A stretch of 64,000 nucleotides of DNA from Octopus sinensis. Taxonomy: Eukaryota. The position numbers and the translations under genes are program-made. The notes below the pieces were generated by a model. It ran no database searches and was not told where the DNA came from. It saw only the letters and a program-made list of their open reading frames with translations. Within the stretch, counting starts at the first letter, position 1; every line of letters begins with the position of its first letter. Of this stretch, positions 23,871 to 38,000 are shown piece by piece. The stretch is from NCBI RefSeq assembly GCF_006345805.1, contig NC_043001.1, positions 27,466,001-27,530,000 of the forward strand. The letters are read 5' to 3'.

Positions 23871-26800
23871 AGCAACCAGCCCCATTTGCTATACTGATCA
23901 CTCCTACAACTATCCCTCACTCACACTCTCTATTACCAGTGAATACTCTCTGCCATTACTGTCTCTTGTTACACTCAGCCATTACTCTTCTTTGCACTGT
24001 CACTCCCTTACTCCTCCTCTTCCACACTGTCATCCGAATCATTGTATTTCCCCACTTCATATTTTTTATTCTTTGTCTCAGACATCCTAGTTCATCTTCA
24101 GCAATTGCCTTCTCTTCTCACTTTCTAGGTCATATTGTCCTGAACAGAGTCAACATAAAATAGTAGGGACCCTTTTGTCCTGCAGAGTACTAGGCAACCT
24201 TACTATTGCTTGTGTCTGAGTAAAACATCCCCGGTACATTCTGTAAAGTGGGTGCTGTTAGAAGATGTATCTAGTTATAGAAATCATAGGTGAGATGTGG
24301 TTCCTCGACCTGTCTATGAAGGCAGTAACTTGTTCAACACATGCCAGCATGGAAAAGGCATGTGCATACAGACACACACACACACACACACATTTACATA
24401 CACATGTATGTTCACTGTTACACCACACCTACTTTGCAACCACTAAGCCCCCATCTACAAGAAGAATAGAAAATATCAATAAAGTTTTGGCAAACAAAAA
24501 AGAATAAAATTACAGTCTGACAAAGGCAAGTGAGTTGAAACCTCAATGCCTCTGTTAATGTTTTCCATTTAAAAGCAAGATGTAATTCTCTACTGGAATA
24601 TATTGGGTGATCCTTCCATTAACGTTTGGCTGTGTTTGTTCACAACAATACTTAAAACAAACATTTGTATACATTGGTATATACATACTGCACGTGCACA
24701 CACACACACACACACACACATTTGTGCACACATATATGCATATGTATGTGTGTGCACTCAGCAATTTAAATTAATGCTTATTTAAATTGTATAAAATAAA
24801 AATGACAATCAAAAAATAAAATCAACTTGAATACTGGCATACATTATTGATAGGAGAAATGATTGAACATAATAATTTCTAATTATTAGAATTAGTTATC
24901 TGGGAGCTACTTGTATCCAAATTCTATTGAAACTATGGAGCCTTTATAATTTTCCAACAAAAGGCATTAATAATATTCCATAGAAAAGTTCAAAATTGAT
25001 ATTCTTTTCATTTAAATTACAGTTGTTTTTTTGTCTTTGTTCTTGTTTCTTTGTTTGTTTTTTCCTTTAGTTGATCTCGGTTGATTGGTAACATTATGAT
25101 AATGAAAGTGAAGAGTAGATTTGCCAATTAAATCCTGTGGAAAGTAATTAGATAAATTACAATGAATACATGAACAATGGAAGAATCCAGTTACACTCTA
25201 TCTATTACAGATAAATAATATAACTGTTTCCCCACGTAGATAAAAAAAAAACAAAAAAAAAAACAAAGATAACTAGTTAAATACAAAGGTATTATATAAA
25301 ACTTAGAGCAACTGAGATAATGATTTTTGGTAAACCAGAAAGGAAAATTTGAATTTATTCCTTATAGATGGAAGAAAAAATAAAGAAAACATTTTCGAAT
25401 CAATAATGAATGACTGAGAAATATTATGAAGTAAGAGTAGCAATTTATTGATTTCTGTTTGGAAATGGTTGTGAGCTTCCTGTTAGTATGAGATGCCGAG
25501 TTGAAGAGCAGGTTAAGTATATTACCAACATTATTTCTACTACTTGTAATCTCCCGTGAATTGTCTATGATTAAATAATGTTCCACTGATATTTTAGCCG
25601 CATGTTAGTTAATTAAAAATATTATTCAAAGGATCAGATAATTTTATGAAATATTTAAGCTCTTGCACATTTATAGAATACTTTCATGCAGCAGTAATGG
25701 TAGTTGCTGTTGTAGTAGTAAAGAGCAGAGTATTTACCATAGCTATCCTTAGCATTGTTGTGATACTGATAAAGAAGCCATAGCACTGAAGTGTGAATTC
25801 CATCACATTTCAACAGATAAATAATCCCACAACCATTTGATGACAAACTTTTCTCAACTCTCCAGCCATCAAATAAGTCTTTATATCAACAGTGAGTAAC
25901 TTATCTATGGGCATAATTCTGCTCAAATTCAAACTATTTAACGATGAAATTTCAAAAACCATATACTAAAAGAACTTAAACCTCCTGAGCAAAACAGTAA
26001 TTTAATATAATTTGCATACCTATTAATTTGTAAAATTGACAATACATTATTTTTCTCAGTACAAATACATTCTTACTGGTTTTGATGCACTGGCAATTCT
26101 CTCCAGGTATTAAAAAGATTCCCCACCTAAGCTCTATGTGATTGTTCAACTTACAGAAGATAGAAACCGAATCTCCTTCAAATTACATCATGGATAATAT
26201 CTAACTAGGACAATGGATATTATCCAACTACTTTCTTCTAGGTCAACACTTAGGTCTCCAGTCAGTTGGATTGGCTTGAAGAATTCATCTTGCAATTCTT
26301 TCCTGCAACATTCTAATCACATGTTTGTAGTACTGGAGCTGTGACTTCTCAATGCAGAGAAGTAGTGGCTTGACCTGGAGAGACATCCTCAGTGTGAATA
26401 CAAATACATTTATGTAAAGCACATCAGGAAAGTTTCACTTACAACTAATGACAGCAATGGCAGTGTGAAAGAACATGATGTGACAGTCAATGATAAGAAG
26501 GGAGAGAGGAAGGAATATTTATGAACTCTACATACAGTCTGTAACTTATAAAAGTGGAATTATTTGAACACATTTAAGAGGATTTTACAACCCACCAAAA
26601 CCCCCTCTAACACAATGGTATCATACATGCTCCAAAAAATGTTCCTGTTTCATTGAAAAAGTCTGGGTTCTTGGGGAGGGGGAGTCCAGACAATACCTTA
26701 AATAACCTGGACACCATAATCCACATCAAAAATCACCAGATTTCTCTCTAAATTATAGAAAGAGAGAACTGAATTTCTCAACAGTATTTATGCTTTTATC

Positions 26801-29374
26801 TTCCCTTTCATTTCTTTTCTACAATGAAAACTATTTGCACACAAGAACAGCTTGAGAGGGAGTCTGTGTGTGACAGAACAATCTGCTAGAAATCATAGTC
26901 AAATGTCCCTCACATCACACCCTCTCATCCTAAAAAGCATCAACACATTGAACAAACTGGTGGGATGGTCATAGCTGAAATCCCTTTAATCATAGGTCTA
27001 TTCGGTCAAAACTGATTTTGGGATAAATAACAAGAATACATAGCAAGGACCAAGTTAAGTTGCCAATTGTGGCCATATCTCCTTGAAAATCTTTCCACAA
27101 ACTGGGAAGTTGAAATCTTTAAAGATAAGTAATTATTCTCAGCCTTTTTCTAAACAGCTTTTTCACACTAACACTACCTTACTCAAGACTATTTTTGTTC
27201 ATAAATCTAACGCTTGTGTAAATGATCTTTTTTTCCTTCTCTCAATTTTTTAGTTGTTCCTATTGCTGCTGTTGGTAATGTAACTAACACAGCATCATTT
27301 TTTATACTAACATACTATTCCTTTTATTCCGTCTGTTATCATTGGCTATTTGACAAATTATACCAAATTTATGGGATAGTTATTCCTAAAACTACAATCT
27401 TTTGTTTACTTGCCAGTTATACAATCACCAGCACAATAGATACCCAATTCTCTGGAGATAGATTTTGAAAATTGCCACCTTGCACCTCCAATTCAAAAAA
27501 GCATACAAATTGTAACTGCTGTTTATGTTATGCTATTTGATCCATAACTGTGAAGCCCAATAAAATATCTGGCAACATCAATAACCGATTCAAAATGCCT
27601 TTTTTAATGGTAACATGTTGCTGTTTTTATTAATGCAACAAATAAAGCTATGTTTTAATGGGAATAAAAAAACTAACCTACATATTCAATGAGCTAAAAA
27701 GAATATCACCACTAAAGAATATAGTTTAAAACATAGTCTCAACATATCTAAACTTGTACCACAGCTACAATTATAATGTCATTCTAAGATATGCAGTCTT
27801 AAGAAAATGTAAACATAGAAACATGTACAACAAATAGGATGGGAAGATTTGTACAATGGAAATTCTAGTAGTATGAATTTGGTTTACAAAACAATTACCA
27901 CAACCTGCACAACAAATTATATTTGAAAATAACTTAGCCATGGTCACATTGGTGATTACTATGACATATGAAAGATACATAAATGTAAATTACTTGGACA
28001 ATATTTTGAAAAACCATCAATCAAAAAAAGACTGTTTGTCAGCATTCTAATTTCATCTAACAAACTATTTTCCTTAAATTTTTGTTTTATATTTTCTATA
28101 GACACAGGTATGGTTGTGTACAGGCACAGGCATGTCTGTGTGGTTAAGGAGCTCACTTTGTAACCACATGGTTTTGTGTTCAATCTCATTGTGCAGCACT
28201 TTGGTCACATGTCTTCTTCTATAACCCAGGACTGACCAATATACCTTATAAGAGAATTTGCTAGATGGAAACTGTATGGAAGCCCATTGTATATAAATTT
28301 ATATGTATAAATATAAATATATTATATAAATAAAATACACACACACATATAAATACATAAACACACACACACATATATACATACATACACACACATATAT
28401 ATCTACATATACACACAATGTGTGTGTGCACGTGTACATTTTTGTATTTACCCTCCTTCCACCACTACCATTTGACAACTGGTGTTGGTTTGTTTACACC
28501 CCCGTAACTTAGCAGTATGGAAAAAAAAAAAAGACTTATACTTGAGTGACAAATTCCTAATGCGTGGAAACTGCTTAAAAGGATGCAAACTGAGTAAGAA
28601 ATCAAGATTCATGTAGCTACCTATTAAATCATCTGTGTTAAGTTCTATACTGTTTGCTAAACCAAGTCCCACGGTGAAAATATCTAAATGTGTCCTGTGT
28701 ATGTCATACTAAAAGTCATCGGCAAATTTACTACATTTCCTCTGAGATATCTCAAATGGATGTGCTGTGTTTTATAAAACCCAAAATATATTGGAGGCAG
28801 ACATAAAACATCTTAGTAGCTGGTGCAGATGCTAAATGCTTGGCTGTGATTACATGCTCTTCACAAAGCCCAATGAGGCAGAAAAATCATCTAGAATTCT
28901 CACCAGTTACTACCAACTTGATTTTCATCTGCCTCTGATACATTTTGTGTTTTTAAACACAGCATATTCATATGAGATATTAGCTCAGAATGAATACCAC
29001 AGTAAACATGCCTATCACAATGTACTAACATTAAGTATGATGCACAATTGACCATTTTAATCTAATACTGCTTCTGTTGTATATAACAGATATAAATGTG
29101 CACATTTGCAAATATACTCATAGACCTTAACAAAAAACGAAGAAAAATTGTACATGTTTAAGGTTTATAGAACTGTGTCTGGTGCAAGGGTAAAGACATG
29201 CAGCAATGATTTGATAGGGAAGATAAAGAGGAGTGATGTTTGTTAGCTGAGCATTGTAGTTTGTAATTTACGGAACATGATAGGAACCTGTGATATTCAT
29301 GCCTATATTTTAGAGGGCATTAACCATTTCCATACTAACTGAAACCATCCCTGATTTATGCTACAAAGTTTATC

Positions 29375-30230
29375 ATCATTATCATCGTTTAACATCCGTT
29401 TTCTATGCTAGCATAGGTTGGACGGTTCAACCGGGGTCTGGGAAGCCAGGAGGCTGCATCAGGCTCCAGTCTGATCTAGCAGTGTTTCTACAGCTGGATG
29501 CCCTTCCTAACGCCAACCACTCCATGAGTGTAGTGGGTGCTTTTTACGTGCCACCGGCACAGGTATCACAACTACAATTTCCCTTTGATTTTTATTTTGA
29601 TGTTGATGATGTACTTGACTCAATAGGTCTCCTCACACAGAGCAGGTCACCATACAATCCAAGGTAAGCACAGCAGGCTGTTCTGCAATTCAAGGTACTT
29701 TGGATGGGCTGTGAAAGGTAAGAGAGTCCAGTTTGCTGGACATTGTTGTAGAGCTGAAAAAGAGGTAATTTCTACTCTTCTCCTCTGGAAGCCATCTACT
29801 CACAATACCAGAGGGCGCACACTCTCCTACCCTGATGTAATCTCCAAGGATACAGGCATCCAGCAACAGGACCTCTGTAATGCCATGATGGACCGTGAAG
29901 TCTGGCGTAGCATGGTAAATTCCATTGTCTCGACCACGGTCGAACAATGATGATGATGATGATGGATGGGCTGGGGCTGCGATGGGAAACTGGTGCAGGA
30001 AACAGCCATGGACTCATGTTATTTGTCGGGTCTTCATAGTCACAGCATATCTCCAGAGGTCTCAGTTTTTCATCATTGCCTCTGTGAGGCCCAACGTTTG
30101 AAGGTCATGCTTGACCACTTCATCCCATGTCTTCCTGGGTCTACCTCTACTCCGGATTCCTTCAACTGTTTGGGAGTGGCACTTCTTCACACATCTCTCC
30201 TCATCCAACCGTAGTACATGACCAATCCAA
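29375..30230 (-). mobile_element. RTE LINE 3' end (same family), interrupted at about 29700-30000
   Basis: (CAT)n tail at 29375, shared UTR, and RTE C-terminal coding sequence at 30010-30230. Confidence 0.75.
29700..29965 (+). mobile_element. 3' end of a second RTE-like LINE with (TGA)n tail
   Basis: KRVQFAGHCCRAEKEVISTLLLWKP...RGRTLSYPDVISKDTG...DLCNAMMDREVWR...EQ* followed by TGA repeats. Confidence 0.75.
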
Positions 30231-30984
30231 ATTAAAACCTTCCTTCAGAATTTCATGTTCATTTATGTTCCAAATACCAGCTTAATAATGACAAAATTAT
30301 TTTAATAAATTCTTCATTACTTTTAGAATTAACTGAAACAAAAGCATTATATTTCGAGAGAAATATGATAACAAAATGGTCAATGGTATATGTGAAGCAG
30401 TTCCAATTGTAGCCTGCGAGTCTTGAAATTAATATTTCATTCAACATTTCCAATATAACCTTTTTTTGTTTTATACTTGAATATATGAATAGATTATGTG
30501 TCACAAGACTACTTTTAGTTCCCTGAACTACACACATTTTCAGACAACCTCATTTGTCTAATTGAGACTAACTGAAGAAAAGACTGGTCTCAGTTTTGTC
30601 CCAGAGAAGCCTCAAGCTACATTGGCTGTAGACTTGTAGATAATAAATTCTGATTTATGAGAGATAGTATGTTGCGTAGTGGCTTTCAACTAAACTGTTA
30701 CTAAGCCATAGAGTGTTGCAGCTCACAGAAAGTGTGCCATAGGCTACACAATACACATCTCCAATATTAAATTTTCAAAGGCAATCTTCATTAATATAAT
30801 CATTTGTAAGATGAACACCAACAGTAACCAATTATGATGTTAGCCTTTCAAGAAAAATTTTGAAAATAGCTTCTCTAGGCATTTAGTCAACTTATATTTT
30901 TAACAAATACCAACACACACACACAAACACACACTCTCTCTCCTTCTCTCTCTCTTTCTCAACCTATCTGTCTGTCTGTCTCTC

Positions 30985-31098
30985 TGATGCATATACATAC
31001 ATACATACATACATACATACATACATACATACATACATACATACATACATACATACATACATACATACATACATACATACATACATACATACATACAT

Positions 31099-31130
<32 letters not shown>
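30985..31130. repeat. (CATA)n(CAGA)n tetranucleotide microsatellite
   Basis: Directly visible. Confidence 0.97.
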
Positions 31131-31131
<1 letters not shown>

Positions 31132-32583
31132 TATAATTCATAACTGACAAATTTTCTCAAATACAGAGTACAATATACACTTTGTTTTAACCAATTTTAT
31201 GTACTTTTTTTTCTGTTACTCTGCATTAAATCTCAACTATCTTCTCTCAGGAGGTTAAAAATTATCTAAATTTGAAACTTTTACAAGGATGCTAGAAAAT
31301 ATGAAAAGTTCCAAGTTAATGTAGTAAGTATTAAAAAGTCACCTAGAAATAATTATTCAGTGAGGGAAGAAAAAACAATATGAGTTAATGACTAATATTA
31401 TTTTAATTATTTTGTCAAGTATGGGAGACAATACCAAACATTTTACGGTATTATTCTGACCTCATTAGCAAAATATAGACATTACTGTACTTGAAGAACT
31501 GATGAAAGAAACATTAAATAAATGTACAAGAATATACACTGGTTGGCATTGAGAAACAGAATTGTGTAAAAACTAAACCACTCAGAGCATATACATATAT
31601 TGTAAATACATAGGGTGCCCACTGATATTTGCTCCAGCTCCCTGAACTCTTAGATTCAATCCCACTGATGTAAATTTTGATTTTCAGCCTTCCAGGATTG
31701 ATTAATAAAATGCAAGTCAAGCAGTGAAGCTAATCAATGTCTCTCATTCACTCTCTTTCTCTTTTTCTCACTCACTCGTTCACTCTCTGAATAAGCTGTG
31801 TTGTGCTGTGAGAAGAATTGTAGGGGACCACTCACAGTTTCTTTCTCCAAAAATAGAGTGGGGTTGAGGGACAGGCTAGCAATCCCTTCTCGTAGAAAAA
31901 CTTATACGCTGCTAGAATCATCCCAGGACTGATTGATAAAAAAAAAAGACATCGTATCAATGAAGAAACATTTCTATCAACTCTTGTTAACATGTATGTA
32001 TATATATATATATATATATACACATTCACGAGTGTAGATGTATTTGAGTTTGAGTATTTTTGGATGTGTTAATCAACAATAATATTTTAAAAGGACCTTA
32101 CTAATTATCACTAAAATCTCAACAGTTTAACAATTTCAACCAAAATTGACTATTCTTTATGGGGAATCAAAGTAAAAACAGAGCTTTTCTTCAGATAATT
32201 TTTCACTCCTGCTGATTACTAAAGATTCCAAGACAAATTTATGTTTTTAATGCTGCTAACACTGCCAGACTGCCCAGGTGTCAAAACCATTGTAATATCC
32301 ATTTGGCTGCTGATGATGGAAATACATATTTGTTATGCTTGCTTGTGTATTTTTATATCTTAGACTCATTATTCTGAGTTGCTCTTCATTCTAGTAAAGT
32401 GGGAAAGTGTTTGTGGATTCATGGTTAGTGGGGATTACTTACATTGATATTGGTTGTTTTTCTTCCCAGAGGATCTTATTAAGCTCAGATAATGCTTAGA
32501 TATTGGTGCCTTGTTTTGGGAAGGTTCTGTGGCATATCTATATATATATATATATATACTTTATTTAAAAGCAGCAGAAATTT

Positions 32584-32637
32584 AACAAAACCTGTTACTC
32601 GGAGTTTCACGTTCCCGTTTGTCAGACAGTTTTTGTT
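32584..32637 (-). ncRNA. Inverted copy of the family 2 hammerhead, core CTGACAA (G8A); predicted inactive
   Basis: Reverse complement: AACAAAAACTGT CTGACAA ACG GGAA CGT GAAA CTCCGAG TA ACAGGTTTTGTT. Confidence 0.65.
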
Positions 32638-32668
32638 AAAAAAAAAATTTTTTTAATCTTTTTTTTTT

Positions 32669-32722
32669 AACAAAAACTGTCCGACGAACGGTAACGTGAA
32701 ACTCCGAGTAACAGGTTTTGTT
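32669..32722 (+). ncRNA. Compact type I hammerhead-fold RNA with U4C core variant (family 2)
   Basis: Stem I AACAAAAACTGT/ACAGGTTTTGTT (11 of 12 paired), core CCGACGA, stem II ACG-GTAA-CGT (GNRA loop), GAAA, helix III ACT-CCG-AGT, GTA triplet with predicted cleavage after 32710. Confidence 0.72.
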
Positions 32723-33025
32723 GAATTTCTGCTGCTTTTAAATAAAGCGTATTGCTCTACCCCTGGTATTTGAGTACTCTTTTTTCCACCATGTTTCACA
32801 TTTATGTGTTTACTCCGGTATATATATATATATATATATACTCTCGATAAATTTATCCCTTTTTTGTGTCCCTAGCACTTGGCATCCTTATTTAGGAGCC
32901 CTTAATTATATTTCTACATGAATAATATTTTTCTATATGAATAATATTTTGTCTAATGACTAATTCGTCTTTTGTGCTGGGCCACTGGTAGTAATCTATA
33001 TTATTACCCTTTTGATTATATTCAC

Positions 33026-33060
<35 letters not shown>

Positions 33061-33129
33061 CATATGTGTGTGTCTGTATGTGTGCGTATATATGTATGCA
33101 TACATTTATATATGTGTGAGTCTTGCAAG

Positions 33130-33335
33130 TTACATGGTGGTCTTACAATTGACAGTGCCACAAAAAAGGCATCTAATACACTCTCCAAAGTGGTTGGTAT
33201 AAGAAAGGTAGCCAGCCGTGGAAGTCATGACAAAACTGAGACACTGGTGCAAGATATAATCCCCCACTGCACCCCACCCAGTGGATCCTGTCCATGCCAG
33301 CATGAAAAGAGGACATAGGAATGATGATGATGATA
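33130..33335 (+). mobile_element. Diverged RTE 3' terminal fragment
   Basis: CTCTCCAAAGTGGTTGG...CATGCCAGCATGAAAAG...GATGATGAT. Confidence 0.6.
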
Positions 33336-33354
33336 TACACATACATAGAGAATG

Positions 33355-33439
33355 AGAAGCAGACAGACATACAGAAAGAAAAAAAGAAAGAAAGAAAGAA
33401 AGAAACATAGCTAGCCAGCCAGCTAGCTAGCAAGATAGA

Positions 33440-33471
<32 letters not shown>

Positions 33472-33550
33472 TAGACGGACGGATGGACAGACAGACAGAC
33501 AGACAGATGGACGGTTGGATGGACGGACGGACGGACGGACAGACAAACAG
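33355..33550. repeat. Compound (GAAA)n/(TAGC)n/(GATA)n/(GACA)n/(GACG)n microsatellite
   Basis: Directly visible series of tetranucleotide units, most related to their neighbours by single-base changes. Confidence 0.95.
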
Positions 33551-34554
33551 ATAAGAGAAATCTAAAAGAAAATAATATTTGTATATATTGATAATTTAGA
33601 TAAATTAGGGAATAAATTCAACAATCAATATTGCATATTGGATAAAAAACAAAAAAGTAATATCTTTTCTCTGTGATGTTTATCAATGAAATAATGATTT
33701 TTTTTTTTTTGGATAATATCACTTGCAAACATCAACAACATTGCGTATATATTTTCTACAGTAGATAGGAATAAAAAGAAACCCTTAATGAAGGCATAAA
33801 AAGGAAAAAATAGGGAAAAAGAATATATGATGCACACTCTTGTCTGTTGTTAAGCAGCCAACGTTTAATATATTTAGCTGTGTAGTTATACATTCATGCA
33901 CACATACATAATGCATGCATGCATAGAAACAGACATACCAGCATTCATACATAAATACATACATACATGCATTCATGCATAAATATATATATATGTATAT
34001 ACATGCCTCCATGCATAAATAGATTTATTCATACACACAGAGGTTTAATATTAAAAAAATATTTTAAAGCAAAAAGATATATCATTTTAAGATTTAATAT
34101 AAAAATAACATCATAGGTCATACTAAAAAAACAATAAAAATAAAAAAGAATAAAAAAGAAAAAAATCATGGAAATTTATAATCCAACATAAAATATTGGT
34201 TTCTTACTAAGGCACAGTGTGTTGGTTTTTGTAGGGGAGAGACGTATAACTGCTTAAATAAATCCCTGTGTATTATTAGCAGCTATTTTATTGATCTTTT
34301 CTTTGAAGAAGCGGGAAAAATAAAATTGATCTTGGCAGAATTTGAATTGAGAAACCAGAGAAGCTAAATATTATTCAGAATCTAGTCCAGCATCTCTCTA
34401 ATCTGATGTAGAAATGTTATCATATTTCAGAAACAATGTATTGGAAAACTAAAAGACAAATTTGTGGGGAGGCGAGGAATAATAAACTAATAAAATTGCT
34501 AGCAACCTTCCCAACAAATCAGACTATTTCTTTTTTAGCAACCAAATTATTGTT

Positions 34555-35035
34555 ATTATTATTATTATTGAGTGAGAGAACAGTGCATGCCATCAAAGTG
34601 ACACTGGGGTACAAATATACGAAGCCCATAATACGCACCATGACTACCCATCTGTCAAGTGTACACCAGGCACATGCATCACAACCATCTGTGCACGGCA
34701 TGGTGATCTCATATCAAGATAAACTGCACATGACCTTGCAGGTGGGGCCCAGCTAGAATTTTCTTCAGTTTGAGTAGCCCATCCCTTTCAAAAGGTCTCC
34801 AAATAAGGGTTATTTAAGGATGTTGAACAAAACATCCATGTTTCCAGAGGTGAATTATTCAAACCCCAAAGAATTCCTCTCAACACATGGCTATGATACT
34901 TCCCATCTACTTCTGCTCGTGATCAGAAATGCACATATTGTCAGCCACTAAGGGACATACTCAACTGGTTAAGGTCAAACAACTGACAAGCAAATCTATG
35001 GTAGTGAGGAGAATATTTGCTGTAACCCATCTTTA
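34555..35035 (-). mobile_element. About 480-bp SINE-like interspersed repeat ending in (AAT)n
   Basis: GC-richer block bounded by (ATT)n tracts on both sides, with no ORF and a tRNA-like segment on the minus strand. Confidence 0.55.
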
Positions 35036-38000
35036 TTATTATTATTATTATTAAGGCAGTGAGCTGGTAGAATCATTAGCACACTGGGAAAAATGCTTAG
35101 TGGCATTTTTTCCATCTTTACATTCTGTGTTCAAATTCCACTAAAGTCAACTTTGCCTTTCACCCTTTCAGGGTCAATAAAATAAGTACCAGTTAAGTGC
35201 TGGGATTGATGCAATCAATACAACTCTTCCCCAAAATTGCTGGCCATGTGCCAAAACTTGAAATCAAGATGGCAAGCTGACAGAATCATTTACATGTTGG
35301 ATGAAATGCTTAGCGATATTTCTCTTGTTTTTACGTTCTGAGTTCAAATTCCGCCAAGGTTGATTTTTGCCTTTCATATTTTGGGGGTTGATAAATTAAG
35401 TACCAACGAAACGCTGGGGGTCGATGTAATCAACTTATCCCATCCCACAAAAACGGCTGCTCTTGTGGCAAAATTTGAAAACATTATTATTATTGTTATT
35501 GTCATCAATATGATGAGTAATGTGAAGCAAAAGGTAAATTGCTAGCAAGCCTAGAACATGATGCAATATGAATTCTCATTTGAACCCATTTCACCTTAAT
35601 TATGCCACTAGTACCCCTGGGGCATTCATGAGCATCACAACGTCCCATTTCTCATAAAGACAGTAAACTAGAAAAACAATAGACTAAATTCCTATAATAT
35701 GTAATGTTATTTCACTAAATATTGATTTCAACTTCAACTCTCAGAGGTTAATAATGTATGTAGTAAACATTAATTAACTGCCACAATTTTTCTGTAAATA
35801 AAAATAGTCATTATAGACACAATTTTGAGAGAGGAAAGAGTAATATTGATGAGACTTAAATCAAACATCTTGTTGAGATCTGTTGGCTTCTTCTGCCTCA
35901 GATTAGAGTTTATAACATCTAATATCAAGTTCTATGCATTCACTAGAGCTAATTTAATTCACTATATACACCTCTCCTACAAACATGTGATTTTGTACCA
36001 ATGTAAAGTCTTCTTAAGGATAACATGATGTGTTTGTAATAAATTACATGTTAAAAAATATCATTTTAATTGACTGTTTATTCACTTTCTACAGACATGT
36101 GATCTTGTACTAATGTAAGAACTTATTTATAGCTAACATGATGTGTTTGCAATAAATCAGATGTTAAAAGAATATTCATTTTCAGACAAGATGTCTACAA
36201 GAATCCTAATGTCTCAGTGTTAATGGGTACACACTGAAGCGATTACCTTCTTGCTTTCTTCAATCTAAAGGAATTGTAATATTTATGCTCACCCCAAGGT
36301 TAGTGGTAATATGATCAAAGTGGAATTGCTACAACTGGGGGCTGAAATATTATTACAGATTTAGCTCAGAGCTGGCCCTCTGCCCACTGGTGTTCGCCTA
36401 AGCTAAAATTATATAGTGGAACGATATTTTTGCATAGCTACCATTTCTTCCCAATTTGAGCAGGTATTACAAATCCGAATTTTACATCCTCTGACTATAA
36501 AGCATTAATGAAATTGCTGAGATAAAATTTGAGACTTCTTTACATTCACCTATTGCTAGGTGTCACAACAAATATAGTGACCACCATAAGTTTAGAGCTA
36601 TAGTGCACATTTTTTTAATTTTGATAATTTTAAAGTTTTCAAATAAACCCAATAAACAAAGTAATATAAAGACATTAACAAATGCTTAAAATAGATTATA
36701 AAAATTTGCATGTTCATACCTCTAATTAAATTATTTTATCAAAAGTCTTGGGTAGTTTTGAATTTCATGAAATTCATAAGTTTAGACCACAAAAATTTTT
36801 TAAATTGCTAAATTTGTCCCAATTCTGATTTCATAGTATTTTTTGTAGTATTTTGCTACAAAACATACAAATTGTTCAGCTATACGAGGATGGGGCTGGC
36901 TACAAGCACAATACTGAGCATCCTTCAATAATACAGGCATCTAGCATGACCACCTTAAAAGTAGAAGACCCAGGAGACATACACAAACTGTCAGAGGTCA
37001 ACCACTTGCTGCAGTTTGCATTAAAGGTCGTCAGTGACAGCTGTTGGCAGAGGGCTTAAGCAATTCAGAGAAAATGAGGATAAGCTTTTCATTTCTCTGA
37101 AGAACAAAAAAATTGTTCCTTAAATTCACCAGGGCTCACATAGATTGAATCCTTGCTGAGTGGTGTGAATTGTATGAGTAGATCTAGGTTCAACCAGTTT
37201 ATATCTGCTGATGTTATGTCAGGCATCATCCTGGTGAGGAACTGAATCTCAGCTGTTTCCAATGCTGTATGAATGGAAGCAGAGGTTGTGTCATAGTTGG
37301 TGGGGCTCAACTCAAGAAACTGATTTTATTTATTGTATCCCTAGCACCATGGCTCAAGAAGTGTATATAGGCATATTGAGAGACATCCTTTTGCTTCAAT
37401 AATCATTTGCCACAGAAATAAATACTGATGTATGATGACCCCAAACACTGCACATTCAGTGAAGTAGTTCATTTCTAATAAACAAATAAAAAAAATTAGA
37501 CTAGTATCCTGGACCAATCTCTTATCTCAATCTGATGAAACATTTCTGGAATGATGTCTAAGCTCAGAAACCATTCAATCTTAAAGTGTTTCATTATTGA
37601 TTGAAGAATTTTGGCAGCAAATACATATATTTCTCATTGCCAACACCAGATTGTATCAATGCCTCACAAATGTTACTAAGTATTTGAGAGAAAAGGATAT
37701 CACAGTGAATATATTTTGTTCAATAGAAAACTGTTATTTAAAGTAATAATACTGTTTTCATATCTGATTCTGAATATATGATGATTTGAATTCTATTCAC
37801 AAAATGAAAATTTAAATACATTCAAATGAAAGCAAGATATTTCAACATATAACAAATATGTCTTTTTCAGAATATTTGAAGGAGAATTAACTAATATATA
37901 TTTAGTTTATCCATTTGATTAATAAACCCTAAAAAATTCAGGAATCTGCTAAATGGTTCTAAACTTATGCGTTTGAAACAGTGAATATTTTAGAAATTGT

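Larger units (their letters stand above)
32559..32818 (+). mobile_element. Fold-back element with about 87-bp arms, hammerhead fold and about 70-bp unique tail inside (TA)n (family 2)
   Basis: 32559-32645 is inverted relative to 32661-32747. Tail 32748-32818; (TA)n at 32540-32558 and 32819-32840. Confidence 0.75.

Noticed and set aside
36850-37310. Possible decayed hAT/ZNF862-like transposase on the minus strand (DTTSASIHTAL; CLS..PTAVTD)
   Set aside because: Resemblance is too weak to call without a profile search.
37532-37580. CTGATGA...GAAAC as a hammerhead
   Set aside because: No stem II closing next to GAAA and no stem I or III complement.
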